A DNA stretch of 62,104 bases, filler included, from Sluysia triapertura (taxonomy: Eukaryota): NCBI GenBank assembly GCA_046118255.1. It is 4 parts of 4 records of this genome, joined end to end, with 100 filler letters (N's around TTAATTAATTAA, not from the genome) between each part and the next. Parts side by side here need not be neighbours in the genome. Positions count along the whole stretch, not along the records: positions 1 to 25,907 come from JBJNIA010166369.1; 3 more parts are not named here. One strand, given 5' to 3'. The translations under genes and the position numbers were made by a program. Below the pieces are notes generated by a model that saw only the letters and a program-made list of their open reading frames with translations, did no database searches and was not told the DNA's origin. This document shows, one piece after another, positions 1 through 15,100 of the stretch (the stretch's first letter is position 1; each line of letters opens with the position of its first letter).

Positions 1-51
<51 letters not shown>

Positions 52-72
52 GTTATTATTATTATTATTATT
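1..72. repeat. (ATT)n microsatellite
   Basis: Near-perfect ATT run at the window start. Confidence 0.95.
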
Positions 73-2699
73 ACTAGTCAAAATGTCACTGTACTTTATA
101 AGCTAATATATAATATAAAATCGGATGTAATTAATGCATAATTTTCCAAATTACTGTAAAACTAATTTTGATAAAATTTAAAACTATCATCGAATAAGCT
201 TCCGATATGAAAATAGCACAAGTAAATTCAAAGTAAGTATCATTGCTAGAAGTAACAATTTCCTACTTTTTAAATTATAAATAAATACAGTTTTGATATT
301 TTCATAATAAATGATTTGTTTTGGAAATAGTATAAAGTTTTCTGAAATAACCGATAAATTACAATAATTAACACATTACCAACAATCTTTACATACTAAA
401 TCAAATCGAGTAAATCTTCTAATTCTTTATAGTCAAACCTTTTTAAAGACCCAGAATGTTTTGTGGAAATCACATCAAACCACATCCAACATCTTTCTTT
501 GAAAGAGCATCATTATAATAAATATTGCTACAAAATAATGTTTAATTATTTCAAAGAAAATTTTTGAAACACGAATAGTTTTATCTCACATGATAATAAA
601 GAACAATAAATTAAAACTCACACAAAATAAATAAAAATATTAATTTTAATGTATACGGATATTTTTGTAACTAATTTTCTGAATGATTTAATCATAAATT
701 TTTATTACACTTTCATAACGAAATTTTAAAACCTTTACTTACAACTTTTATTTAATGTGATCGTGAAATAATTAAAAATTTATTATAATTAAAATATTAT
801 TAAGATTAAGTTTAATTATGTGTAAACAAGATTTCTCATAGACTACACAACTTATAGATCCGCAAATAAATCTGTGTGCGATTGTGTAATCTAAGTTGTA
901 ATGTAAAATTATTCATACAATATAAACGATAAACAATAAAATTAATACACGTGTATGATTAATATACACATATTTTCACTGTTTAAGATTCGAATATACA
1001 GTGATCATAAAATACATAGTTTTAAATATCATTGTTTTTTACTATTTTACAATATGAAAAGTCTTCCAAAATCAAAGAGTATGCATTAAATTTCATAAAT
1101 TTTAAATATTTATTAATATTGCCTTATTTTTTCATCATCACATGAAGGGATTTTTAAGCTTGTCATGATTCTTTAAATTTTGAAATATATTTCCATTACT
1201 CTGATTATTGACTCGTATCTCATCTTACAAATTATAATCTCTGTACACGAAAGTATATTCATTTTAAATGCGACCAAAAATAAAAATAGAAACTAATACA
1301 AATGAAATACAGATTTATTTAATTTTAACAAAACCTTTTTGTTTTGTGATTTCACATTGTAAAAATTATTAAAATTTATAACACCTAATAACTGCACATA
1401 AAGCTTGAATATATCATAGAAAATATATAGAAATACACATTTAAGGAAAGAACATAAATAAATAAAATTCCAACGTGCTTCGAAGAGGGTATAGAAGCAC
1501 GTCGACAATATAATTTTGTCGTGTTCATACTGATCCCAACTGAACTAACAATATAGATGGTAATTTCACACTTCATCAAAATCATATGAATAAATTATGT
1601 CCCATAGAAAGTATTCCAAATCTAACGATTTGAATTGCGTTTCTTCGGGAATCTATTGTTTAAGTGTTTAGTTTGAGTGAATATTGGACATTAACACTAA
1701 TCGTATCATGACCGTTCTTAGTATTTACTTTAAAAAATACTCTGAAATTGTATTGTTTTTTACCATTTTTTCAAATGACCGGTAATGCAGTTTTTGGCAC
1801 ACAACTTAAAAAATTATCATTAAAAATAGTTTAGGAAACTAACACAAATAACAGAAGTTTATTTATTATGACTTTTGAATAAATAAAAAATTATTATTAT
1901 AATAAAACTTAAAATATTTTTTATATTTTCGAATTGAAAGCCAAAATAAAACAGTAATAAAAATGTTATAAAGATCGCACATAGCATTATATTATCATCG
2001 ATATAATTTCAAAACAGCAAATTCATTCAGAATTTTAAATGTTTTACAATAAGTAAAATATATTATAAATTTATGTATTAAGCTAAACTTTGATAAAGTA
2101 CTCCAAAATATTAGTCGCATTAAACATTACTTAACTCTTCAGTTTTTTTATTTACTAAGTTTATTTGTTCTTTGTTCGAATGATAGAATGAATACCAAAA
2201 TGGAAAATTAATAAAGCACTTCATAATACTTTTTACATTTAAGACAACTTAACATTGTGTCACGAAAAATGACATGAATACGTTCGGTTTCCTAATTAAA
2301 AACCAAGTATATTTTAACAATGTGGACGCGATGTGATATTCCATTCCACTAGTCTAGTACAGCTGAGTTCGAATTTTATGCTTGTACAACTTTGTACAAA
2401 TATTCATTGTATCATAAGTAAAAAGTAATCGCGCTAAATAACGGTAAAACCTCAGTAATAAATTCATACATCACATGGCCTTTCAACTGAAAATTTAATT
2501 CTACATAATTATATTGAATATTGTCTTGTTTATAAACTTATATTTCGTTGGTTCAATTCAAAACACCTGATTTGATTAAAGAATAAGCATGTATTAAATT
2601 TTTAACTAATAAGATTTAACAAATTTCTCAATTTAAATCACATATTCCTTAATCACTCCATAGCCCTTTATATATTCTATACCTCACAACCTTTATAAT

Positions 2700-3850
2700 C
2701 AAGCAATAAAGCATTTTAACTCGAAACCATTTAACAATAACGTTACACTAGACTAGTAGATCTTACAGATCCTCTGCAGGTAGTGGAGGTTTAGGTTTAT
2801 TAAGATAGTATTTCAGAAGTTGATAAGATTTAGCAGACAGTGTAGCGGTATGTCGGAATCCAAAAAAGTTTCTAAAAGGACTTAAAAAACAAAGTGTAAC
2901 CTTTTATTTTGGTTCTACTGAGAGTACAACTCGGAAATTTCGTAGTGTTGCTGTTAAAAAGGTCTATAATACATCTGTGGTCGTATTACAACATAATGCT
3001 CATTCAAACAGTTTTGTATATGAGGCAAGTTATAATTTCTTAGTTATTAAGGATTGAAAATAAAGCCTATTAAAAAATTGTCATATTTATAAAATTTATA
3101 TTATTTTAACAATCTCCAATAACGTTCCATCTTCACAGATAGGCTGATCTTAGTGAACTTCATGCATCGGAATCTGAACTTACCAGAATTGTTACCAAAA
3201 TAAAAATAAAAATGTACAAATGCTTCGTGCTTATGTAAAGCATATTAATTTATTGTTAGAGAGTACATAAGTATTTGGCTCGTATGGTGTCTAATCCAAT
3301 AACGCATGACTAAGGGCAGTTTCTAATGTCACCGCCAATTTGCGATCCAAAATGTCGACTAAGTTTGTAATTATGACAACTACGGGTAAACCACGACTCA
3401 CATAACGGTATTGGTATATCTAAAGACCAGCTTGATACAACGAACTATACCTTTAATTTTCGTATATAAAACTGCTATACTACTCAGCATTTTCCATTTT
3501 ATTCTCACTCGAGTCAACAACAAAATATGACGTTAGTAATAGTAATTCTACTTATCAATCGGCACTATTAAATAATTTAGATGACTTTTGATGAAAACTT
3601 ATGCTAGATATTGGTGCTGCTATATGTTTGCATTTGCTAGAAAGTTCTTCGAAAAATCAATTAGGCAATGTGCAACAATGTAACTAACGAATGTTAATTT
3701 GTATAAAAGTTTTATGAAAGTTTATGAAAGTTTCATTAAATCAAATTTATTATAATTTATGATTATTACTAAGAAGCCTGTCCTTCATTAATGCAAATGG
3801 TACAATAGTACGCCAAGAAAATCTTAACAAAACAAAGTTTAATCTTAATC
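2700..3850 (+). mobile_element. Highly decayed LTR-retrotransposon gag/protease remnant
   Basis: MLDIGAAIC at ~3601 (cf. protease LDTGA) followed by FINANGTI at ~3785 (cf. AANGT). Many stops; boundaries approximate. Confidence 0.35.
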
Positions 3851-6800
3851 AAGTCAAGTACCAAGTACCCGATAAATATTTGTCAACAAGTTAAGAAGTA
3901 AATTAAAAATAACAGTAAAGGTATCATTACATGACTTAAGAATAAATAGGATACTAGATGAAACAGTACATTTAAGCATCTTTAATAAGAATAACTTTTA
4001 GTGTACATTTAAATATTAATAAAGTTTCACATCTTACAACTTCAGCTTTAATCCAGAACTAAAGCATCCTATATACAAAGCCATCTTGTAATATAACTCT
4101 TTTTTAATAATACTGAATATGTTACTTAATGAATAAATCCTAAATTTTTTAGGAAATAATTGATATTTTAAAATGTACCCTAAAAATGTGTTACACTTAA
4201 GGTGTACATGTCCGTTTTTGATTTGATAAAAAGTATTGTTTTATTGAATCAACTATTGTGTTAATTTCATTTGTAACTAATTTTTACAAATTAACAAATA
4301 TAGAAACTATTTATGATACATCACCGAATGACAATTCGGTTAAAGAAAATATAGAAGTAATTTATAAAACTATTTTAAAAAATTTATAAAAATTAATAAC
4401 TTAATCTAAACTCTCATCAAAAATAACAAATCTGCATTCATATGGCCTGTAACATTTGTTTAAAGTAATGAAAAATATTTAAAATAAATTAAAATTTCCA
4501 TTCATTAAATTATTTTATCTTTTAATTAAATATGTTTCAATAATCTACGGCTTATTCAGGAAACTTGAAGTTACACTGTCACATATACATGAAGTGGTAG
4601 ATTTTACATCTAATCCGAAAGAATGTTATGAAATTTACTAAAAACAAAATTAGAAAGAACGTAGAATAAATACTGAAATAATTCAACTTAGTCATGAATA
4701 ACAAACGAAATTTTCTGAGCATAGTTTAATAATTTCAAAAATAAAAAGAAAGCTTCCAAAATAGAATCTTCTAACACTAAAATATATAAAGAAAAATAAA
4801 TGGTAGGTAAATATTTCAGTTACTTGCTATTTTAAATGCAATTTATTCGGGCTTCATGCACTCATACAATATATAAATTCAAATTTCATTTTATAACAAT
4901 GGTAAATTATGTTATCCGATGGTATAAAGTAATATTAGTTATGCTGTAGTTTTTTTTGTAACATTTAACCTACGTCAAAATATTTGTTAGCAGGGTCCCA
5001 TTACAGTAAACGATTTATAATGTATAGTGGGCGTTCCTGTAACTTTAAGTTATTAATAATAATAATAATAATAATAATAGTTCTGGTAAACAAAATTAAG
5101 TTATTCTTCCTTATCAAAGAATGTGAATTATTCTTTCTATAATTTATTCTTTTTTATAATTATTTTCAACGAAACAAAAAATTTCACAAACGCTTATATA
5201 AATATGCAAACTATTTAATAATTTTACAAAATGTTCTATTACATTAATTATAATACTAAAAGCAGAAGACAGAGTGATACAAATTTATAATTAAAACAGC
5301 AAAGGTCTTTAATTACTTTGTTGAATCAATATAAATTTAAGTAGATTAAGGCCCTCAATATATCAGGTTACTAAATATGTGTTTTAAAAATGTATTTTAA
5401 TTTTCAGAAAAATTAATATTTAAATAAAAATATCTTACAAATTGCATGGAATATTGTTCCCGAATAATCGCGGAGTAGATGCCTGGATCAAATTGCTATA
5501 TTAGAGCAAAGAAAATTCTATTCTATTTTTGGAAAATAAATTTCTTTTTTGGAAAAATAAGATTTTTTAAATAATTTTCAAGATTGTAGTGGTATTTTTG
5601 AATGACTTTTTTAAAATAAAGATAGCTTTGTCAACTATGTTACAATTGCTCCATACTATATAAATACCAATCTTAGCAGACATTTTTATGATATTAAAAA
5701 TTAGCTACTGATCGATAAAAGCAGTAGCTAAAAATCTAGAAGTGGAATTAAATTAAAGACATCAAGATCATCTAATAATGTCCCGTTTTTCGATATTTTT
5801 TCAATATTTGAGATTTCATAGTATCTTGCTGAATTAAAATTTCATTATTGTTGACTATTTGTGGATACGATAAATCATTATAGCTTTATAAGTCTGACCT
5901 AGCAGATAAACCATCGGAAATAAATTCTAAGAGAACTGATATAATAGCAACGTTTTTTAAAAAAATTTACAATTTTAAATAACGACTGACCAATATCACA
6001 TTTAATTTACCATTTTTTCATATTATTTGTTATGATAATATATCCACTTTCGTTACAAATTTCAGATATTTGCAAACCTGAATTTATTCTTAATGATTTT
6101 AATTTGTCAGGTTATAATAACAAATTGTAAATAAAATAATAATAATGATAATATTGATAAATATAATAAAAATAATATTCTGCTATGATGATAATAATAA
6201 TAATAATCATAATCATAATAATAGTTTTAATTAGGCTTTCTAGCCTATGTTAGTTAAAAACAGAAGTATTTGTACTGAAGACTAATAAAATACCCAAATA
6301 ACGATCAATGAAGAGTACGTATGTTAGCCAATAAAAATGAGTGCATATACACTCAATTAAAATGATATAAAATAAGCATAAAAGCATATTTAGAATTACA
6401 TTTTGTCTCATTGCTTGCACACAAGGATTGAAAACATGTCCACTTTAGTCATACAAAGCTCTTTAAAAAGTTTTTAAACGATTATGTTTTTTTTAAATTA
6501 AGATGAACGAAAAATAGATGATTCTATATTCATAAGAGAATTATAAAATGTGTCTTGAGTCCGATTTTGCTTAAATAAATTATGCTCATACTTACCATGA
6601 CTTTAAAGCATGGTAGATCAGATTCCGATGTAGTTGATAGATTTGATGCAATAATTTCTTTACGGAGCAATATAAAGATGATATAGATTTAAAAATTGTA
6701 TTAAGTCTAGAGTTCATTGATTTAATCAGAAAAGTGAGATTGAACGATTGGGTGCAGATCAAATAATATCTGTCAAATGTGGAAAGCAAAATAAGGTTTG

Positions 6801-7169
6801 AATAACAAAGGGAAGAAAAAGAAATCACATTGGATGAATTTAAAGATATTAGATAGTAAGATAATGCCAAAAAACGTTTGAAAAGGAAAAGGAAAAATAA
6901 TTACAATAATAATGATAACACTTGTATATTTATTATGTTTATTAATATAAAATTGGTGACATTTATTACGAAATTTTATCGTGAAAATTATTACAAAAGT
7001 TATTATAGAAGTTATTATTTGTCGAATATATTATATAACGATAAAGATTATAATTTTAACTCAAGTTTTGATAAGATATAAATCGTAATAATAATAATGA
7101 CAGTTCATGATAGTTAAATGAGATGGTCGTGTTTACTTTTGAATGAGTTTAATAGTTCGTTTAATAGTT

Positions 7170-7282
7170 TGTGTATGCGTGTATCGTTTTTAAGTGATGA
7201 GTTGTGATGAATTAAATGAGATGAGTTATGGTGAATATTGTGTGATGGATTATGGTGAATACCATATGACGAGTTCCCTACA
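7170..7282. repeat. Degenerate short tandem repeat (GATGAGTT/ATGGTGAAT units)
   Basis: Repeated gatgagtt..atggtgaat motifs, resembling subterminal repeats of DNA transposons. Confidence 0.4.
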
Positions 7283-8184
7283 CTAACAATAATTTAATTT
7301 ATAAACTATGAAATTTATAGCTTTAAACCTACAGCATGATTTTATTATGTTCTTTAGATTATTAAAGTTTAATTTAGGTGTAAGGCCGTGAGTATAACTA
7401 GTTAAATTATAAATTATTTTGGAAATACAATAAATTTTTTGTCTATTTTTCGGATATTGACATTGTTTAACGTTAAATAAAATTCTAATATATTACTTGA
7501 AAGATTAAACGTCCACTTAAGGCCGTAAAATAACTATTAAATTTTAATGTGAACACAACTAAAAATAAAAAACAATAAAAGTTACTTTTAAAAAATCATG
7601 ATAAAACACATTTAATTTTATCATATGGGTCCATAACTTTTAATATTGATACAAAAGTTTACAAAAATTAACAAATATTGTAATATTGGTTAGACAAAGT
7701 TGATTATTACACATAATAAGTAAGTAAAATTTTAGCATATATTTATATCATGATTTGAATTGTTGCCTACACTTTAAATAATTGTTAAATGTTCGTTTGA
7801 GAAATAAAAAATTTAATAAGAGAGAGCAACGAACTAAAAGGCATTATAAATAACGAAAAAATTGCAATAAATCTAGCTACTTTTATTCCACTTCAATGAG
7901 GAAAAAGTCAAACATAGAAGTGCACAATTTAATATAATGAGAAAAATTTTAATTTTCATTTCTACGTTAGCACAAATATTGAATTTTCTTTTTAATAAGT
8001 TAATACCCCATTCTATACGTTTGGTTATCATATTAAATCCTTTATTGTAAAAACATAAGTCGCATGTGTTTAACATAAATAAAGATAAAGCTAAATAGTT
8101 AATCGTACATAAAAAGGTAACGGTATAATTATATTTCAGATTAAACATTTGCTGACATGTATTAACGTTATATAAGAAGATAAA

Positions 8185-9130
8185 CTAACCAAATGGTAAA
8201 ATGTTAATAGTAATAAATTGCCAGAATTTGACTTGGAAATTATTTATAAACCCGGAAATTTAAATAACGGAGTTCACTATGTGTCTTAATTAACAAATGT
8301 GGATGTTAAAGTTAATATCAACTTCATACAAATTATAACTATATCTCATAAAACGCAAAACACCAAAGAGAAGACAAAGAAATTTCAACTATTTTAGATG
8401 CAATGACTAAAGGAACGTTAAATTAAACACATGCTAAACGATTACCTATTATGGATGAAATACTAAGATTTAAAGATGATTTGAAAACTATAGTACCGGA
8501 TCCTCTAATTATACCTATAATGATACAGTTACATGATGTGCGATTGGGAGGTCATTTATCAATGAGGAAAACTTTGTCCAGAATAAAGAACAAATATTAT
8601 TAGGAAAACATGGAATCATATGTTAAAAAGTGGTGAAACGTTTGCTCCATATGTTGTAGACGTAAAAACACTGGACAAAAGACAAAAGTACCACTATAAC
8701 ATATGCCGGTACTATAATCGCCTATGGAATTTACGGCTATGTATATTATGGGTCCTCTCCTCAAAACAATTAATGGAAATAAATATATAATTGTATTTGC
8801 TGATACTTAACCAAATGGCCAGAGGCTTATCCTATGCCAAATCAAAAGACAAAAACAGTACGGTACGCCTCGGAAATTATTAAGAGACCAACGTAATCAA
8901 ATCAGTCCATAAACTCATGGACTAGTAAAGCGATTAAATCGAACTCATATTAATATGATTCAATCTTATGTAAATGACCGAAGCACAAACTAGGATTTTT
9001 ATATTGCTCTATGTCTGTGTCCTTACAGAAGCTCTGTGGATCAAACACTTAATTTCACTCCTTTCTATTTAATGTATGGAAGACATTGTAATATGCCTGT
9101 GGATTTGGTTTGGGTACCACCATCTCAATA
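8185..9130 (+). mobile_element. Ty3/Gypsy integrase pseudogene
   Basis: Manual translation gives LPEFDLEIIYKPG; HHCC zinc finger LHDVRLGGHLSMRKTLSRIKNKYYW..CSIC; core IMGPLLKTINGNKYIIVFAD..TKWPEAYP; GLVKRLNRT; TPFYLMYGR. Contains stops and frameshifts. Confidence 0.9.
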
Positions 9131-12100
9131 TTTAGAAATTCCAGAGTATCTAACGCTAACAACCAATCAAATATCCTCAGGAAATATATAAAGATAGCTG
9201 TAGTATAATGTTTATTTTGGGGTATTATAAGATATTTTTATATAAAAAGTAAATAAGTTAAAATTAATTTTCACAGTTTTTCTTGAAATAAAAATTAAAA
9301 CTTTGTTACTGTATTTTATAAATTTAACGAAATAAAATTTTATTAAATAAAGATCAAATTGCTTATTTATTATAACTTTTTCAAAATAAAAAGACATTAA
9401 ATAAAATTCTAAGTGTCTATTAAACGTTAAACTACATGAACATGTAAAATTATTATAAATTGTAATTTTGTGGACTAAAATCTGAAGGTGGCTTACATAT
9501 TGGTGTGGCATAGGTTGCAAACAAGGAATCAACCTTAATACAAAATAAAAATTGCTATTTTAATCTAATAATTGAAATACAGTAATGTTTACTTTTGATT
9601 CTGAATCACAAGTTGAGATAACTGACTGTTCACTCTGTTAGACATGGATAGAGTAGTCATTGGTTATGAGTCTTGCACTGATGGATCCAAACTGTAATAA
9701 AGCCGTGAGATTGTTGATCCACTCCAAATTGATACAATCATTTACGTTATCCGATAGATAACTTTATGTAAAATAATTAGAGGTGATGCATAATTATAAT
9801 TCGAAGTTAAAAAAGAGTCACATAATTCTGTATAATTATTTTTTATATTAGTTTATCGTTTTATATTTGATGGGGCACAGGCATCGTATAAAAAACCACA
9901 CGTATCAGAATTTGAGTATATATAAGTGCGATCATGATCATGATTGTGGTGGCCAACCCAGTAATTTGAAGTTTTATATCAACAAAATACACAACAAAAT
10001 CACTTTTCAAAACATTTCATAATTCTTAATACCCGCAAACATTCTAAACATAAAATTTCATATCATCAAGATCATACTGAACATCGAAATTTGTCAAAAT
10101 ATGCCTAAAAATTAATTTAAAACATTGCAAATTTAATTCAACATATTGCACATAAAACCACATTCCATAATATTTTAACTATTTTTCCATAAAACCTTTT
10201 CATATTTTATTTCCTTTTCATTAAGTAAAACTTCTTCCTAACCTTTTCAAAACATTTCTATTTCATAACTTTATAACATTAAAAGTACATTCACTTTCGG
10301 ATTAATAACGAACATTTAAAAAATGCATTAAAAACATTTGATTCATAGTTCCATAGCAGTACAATTATACTTATGTTGGATCCCCAGATCACTAGCTGAT
10401 ATTTTCAAACATTGATTGTTGATTTATTTTGTTCAAAATTACACTATTTATATTAACAATATTTTGTTAATTTTATTTATTATATTTATCCACATTGACA
10501 CAATTTTATTTATTATTTTATTATTAACGATTTTATTTTTAACAATTTAAATGTTATAAATTGAAATAAATTTCAAAAAAATTATAAAGAAGAAATTTGA
10601 AAAAATATTTGTTTAAATAAATCAAATAGTAAGACTTGTTTAACCAATATAACGTAGGCAAATGTGGCGAATAAAAAAGACAAATACGGTAGAAATTGAG
10701 CTAATTGTCACATGAACAACAACTACGACAACAAAAAAAATAATTAGGGTGTAACATTTTTAAAGAAGATAATAATCATCAGCAAGAAGATATTTCTTTT
10801 CAATCCTTGCAGAAATAATATTCTTTTTAAGTTTAAATTAAACCCTAATTGTAATAAAATAGGGTATCTAAAACCACTACACAAAATCATCATATTTAAT
10901 CCTAGACCGTAACTGGCTAGGTCAAAATCTTTATAAAATCAAATTTTCCTCGGCTAAGGCTTAAGTCGATAAGTCGATAAAATAACTATTTATATTATAT
11001 CCATTTGATTATTCTTTTGTAATACTATTTGCTGTATCTTGTGTTTAATAAAAGTATTATTCATCGAATTTTCTAATATTATTATTTAAAATATTTCATA
11101 TTTGGCCGCACCGTAAAAAGGCTGGTTCAACGCTTAAACTATTGCATCTTTTTGTCAGACCGTGACAAGGCTGACTTAACCTCCTCATATAGTCGTAAAT
11201 CATATAAACGTATTCTTAGATATCTTGACTACAATTGTTTTTTGGTATAATATACCTAAGTACCTAAAGTAATTCCCCTTTGTATACAAATCTAATTAGG
11301 ACGTCTTCGTTCAGATTTAAAGCATACATAATTAGTCGAACTGATTTCCAGAAATATTTTGCTAGTTAAGGTTTCTTGTAAGTTAAAACCTTCGCACATT
11401 ATTATTATTTTTCATTACCTAGTTAAATTAAATTTAATTTCATAACTGTCAATCTTGACAGAACTTTATTAAAAATTTTATATCTGTCACCATTTTTCAT
11501 TATGTAACTTTAAACCTTAAAATTTCTATTATGACATTCACAATCTCATACATAAGGACACACACACACACTGCCATAATTCGTGTATTGCTAGCTGACC
11601 AATAGTACGTCTTTATAATACAATCCATATACAATTTATAATACTTACGTTTATTGGTCAGCCAACCACAAGTTACATTACAAAACTAATTAATTATTTT
11701 TATGTGGTTACTAAAAAGCAATCACAATTTATGCTTCATAGTAATTTAAAAAGTATTATTAAAAATTTTTATTTTTAGCAAGCGAAGTTAATTGTTTAGT
11801 TAAAATACGTTCTTATTAAAAGTTATTCAATTATTGTAAAAAGAAAAGGATAGTTAAAAACTTTATTGGTAAAATTAATCTTAATACTGATTTTAGCGTT
11901 TATTTTATATGTCCAATAAAAATGTTATATTTTTTAGTAAATCGGGTAATTTTGTAAAAGATTCAATTTCCCATTATATATGCCATTCGTATATGTCAGT
12001 AGAAATTTAGTATTTGACTTTGTTAAAAATGATAATGCAAAAATTGTTTACACTGTCTACTCTGTTGAATCCATGCAAATCAAAGAGTGTAAATATGAAG

Positions 12101-15100
12101 GCAGATATGATTTAGTCCAATATTTTAAAGACCAGAATAAATGTTTAATGAATATTAAACTTATTAAGTCATTGTTGATTATGAATAAAAATTTAGTTTT
12201 AGATAAGTTTTTGAATTATCAAACAAATGAAATTTATGTTAGATTATTGCAACTACAAAACATTAGTACTAAAAGTTTTACTCAACGATTTTATGCATCT
12301 TAGTATAAACAATTTAATTTAAAGCATGCTTTTATTCGAATTATAAATTGGCAAAGGAAAATAAAATTACATAAATTTCTATTAATATGTATTTAGTTTC
12401 TAATAATTTAGTTATTGCTGATATAGTAGAACTAGATTCTTATGTCATGACAAATCAAGTAACATCATCAAATGAAAGATTAGAAACTGACTATTCTAAG
12501 TTTCTCATTAGAATAGCCAGTTACAAGGTGGGTCTTTGTTTGTACTAAACAACCTAGTCTGGAGAATAAAACAAATATCGCACAATTTGTGAACTTCAAA
12601 ATATTTCTGGGTATTCAGCTTGCTTCGTTGGCCACTGTGATATGATAAAATCTACTTTATCGACTTTGGGAAGTGAACTCTATGCACGAGATCCACTCTT
12701 TTATCCTGACGATTTTACAAATGATAGCTTTACTAGAGTTCCAAACAATTCTATTATGAAGAGTTAAATGAATCATTCGTAAATATGTAAAATGGTATAA
12801 CCAGAAAACAAGACAAATTTAAACATAATTTTAATTTATGTAGATATGTTAATAATAAATAGTTTTCAAATTTATTTTTGCTCTTTACTCAATTAAAAAA
12901 AATTAATTTAAACTTTGTTCTACAGTTTTTCAAAATATATAATTTTAATAATATTATTCAATTTTTATTAACAAGTTTTTGTAAAAGTAAATTATTTTTG
13001 TCAGTGCGGATTTCAACTCTCAATAAACGTATAATACAAACATTTTTTATAAAATATGGAACTAATAGACAAAACATTCTTGAATTAATACCACCTAAAC
13101 AAACAATCAAATTAAGTTATCAGCCTAAGCTAATATCACAAACATTATACATGGATACTTTTTGCTAACGAAACAATAAATATAAACATTGGTCACGACA
13201 ATTTAATTTAGTTATACCCAATCTTAATGAAACTGTAAGTAATTAACTAAACAAAAACATGTAGTGAAATCAATGATAACAAAATATATTATTAAAATAA
13301 ATAAAATACCAAATAAACTAAAAAAAATCAGCTGTACTAACCTTAATTTTTCGAAAAATATTAGTGACCAAAATGAAATGGTTGAAATCGACATTAATCT
13401 TTCCAATGTTAGGTTCACACTTTATACTTATAGTGAATCTTCTGACTGAAGCCATAAAAATATATTTAGGGACTGCGAAGAATGACACCTATAATTAAAG
13501 TTTAAGACTGAATAATAGGTAAAAGTTACGAGTGGTCGATATTGACGGTTATTTTCTGTCCAACTTGTCACCTGACTTTAAGAAATTACTGTTCATAACT
13601 TTTGTAGTTATTAGTCAGGTACCTAATTAGACTTATTTAAACTAACCACTTCATTAATTTTAAAATATTATTATTTTATTATATTTTTATTTTTCTTCTT
13701 AAATTTTAACAATGTACTTCACTCGATGCTCCATTTTCCAGCTTTCCATGTATAAGCATTATACAAAAGCACATCATTGTTCACACAAATTTCTGTTTAA
13801 ATGTATACTCAGTCTTTTCCATTTTTTACCTACTAAGTATATGAATTATCCACTTAGTAGGACTTCAATAAGTGAAATAAAGCTATTTTATAAAGGAAAA
13901 TATAGACATACGTTTAGAAGACATTCCTTTTAATCTTATTGATCAGAATATTGAAATTCTTGAAGTAGAAGTTATCCAACCAGATTATATCATAAAGCAA
14001 CATAAGAAACATTCAATAAATATACCGCCGCCAAATTATCCTCCTGGGTTAACAAAATCCCAGAGGCATAATCGATGTGGCTGACAAATAAGACGTCTAT
14101 ATATGAAGGCCGGCTTATATAAAAAGAATAGGATAGTATAATAAATCCATTCCTTAAGAAAAATCTTCCTAAAATACATAAGTAACTAATAACTAATCGT
14201 AATATATTAAATTCTTAAATTAACATAAGTAATACAAAAAAACAAAATTGATCTTCTTTGCGGTGCAACTAGCACTGGGATTTGATGATAGGCACCATGG
14301 TGGATCATGATTTTAAGGAAGCTAAAGATTTATCAGACATCCGAACCCTTTGGCTAAATGCTTTGTATGAAAAGATTTTAGTTTATTTTCTTCCAAATAT
14401 CATAATCGACACGTTTAAGATTCCGTATGATTGGTTGCGTGGCATAATAAATCTAACTTGCACCAATCTCGTGTCACACACTTCACTCAATCGGGTATCC
14501 AGAGCCAGAACAGTTTTATGTATTCTATATCCTTTTCCATCAAAGGTCTCGTGTTTTCAAATGACCAAAAATATGATTGCGTTATTTGACATCGTGGTTA
14601 TTAAAGATTAGTCGTCCTATCACAGATATAGTCATCTCTAAACCTTCAAATTATGTTTCTGAAAATTCACCAATCTCTATTTCTCCTATACCTATCCCTT
14701 GTTCTTTTATATCTCATGAACAATCAAACGATATTTGTAACACCCATCCTTCATCATCATACACAATTTATAAAAATCTTTATCATTTTGCTACACTTAT
14801 TCCTATGACTTCTAACAATACTGATCGTAAACATAAAAATCATACATAATATATTAAACAAACAAATAAAAATAGCTCGGGTGGAAGAGAATCCAGACCT
14901 CGATGATGTAGACCCCGACGATGAACCAGTTGAAGTGGAGCTAATCGAACTGTCGAACGCAAATTATGACGATAATTTTGGTGTCGCATTATCAGAAGAT
15001 AAATATTATCTTTGACATTTTTAAATATTAATAACTATATTCTTTAATAACTATATTCTATAATAATATTTCAATACCATGATGGGAAAGGTATTGTTAG

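Noticed and set aside
6592-7081. ORFs 6592-6870 (-) and 6878-7081 (+) as genes
   Set aside because: Low-complexity frames expected in AT-rich DNA. The + strand has only a faint gag-like DFKAW.IRF remnant, too weak to call.
14878-14905. 2A ribosomal-skip peptide (RVEENPDL)
   Set aside because: Lacks the D and the terminal GP of DxExNPGP; reads better as part of an acidic tract.
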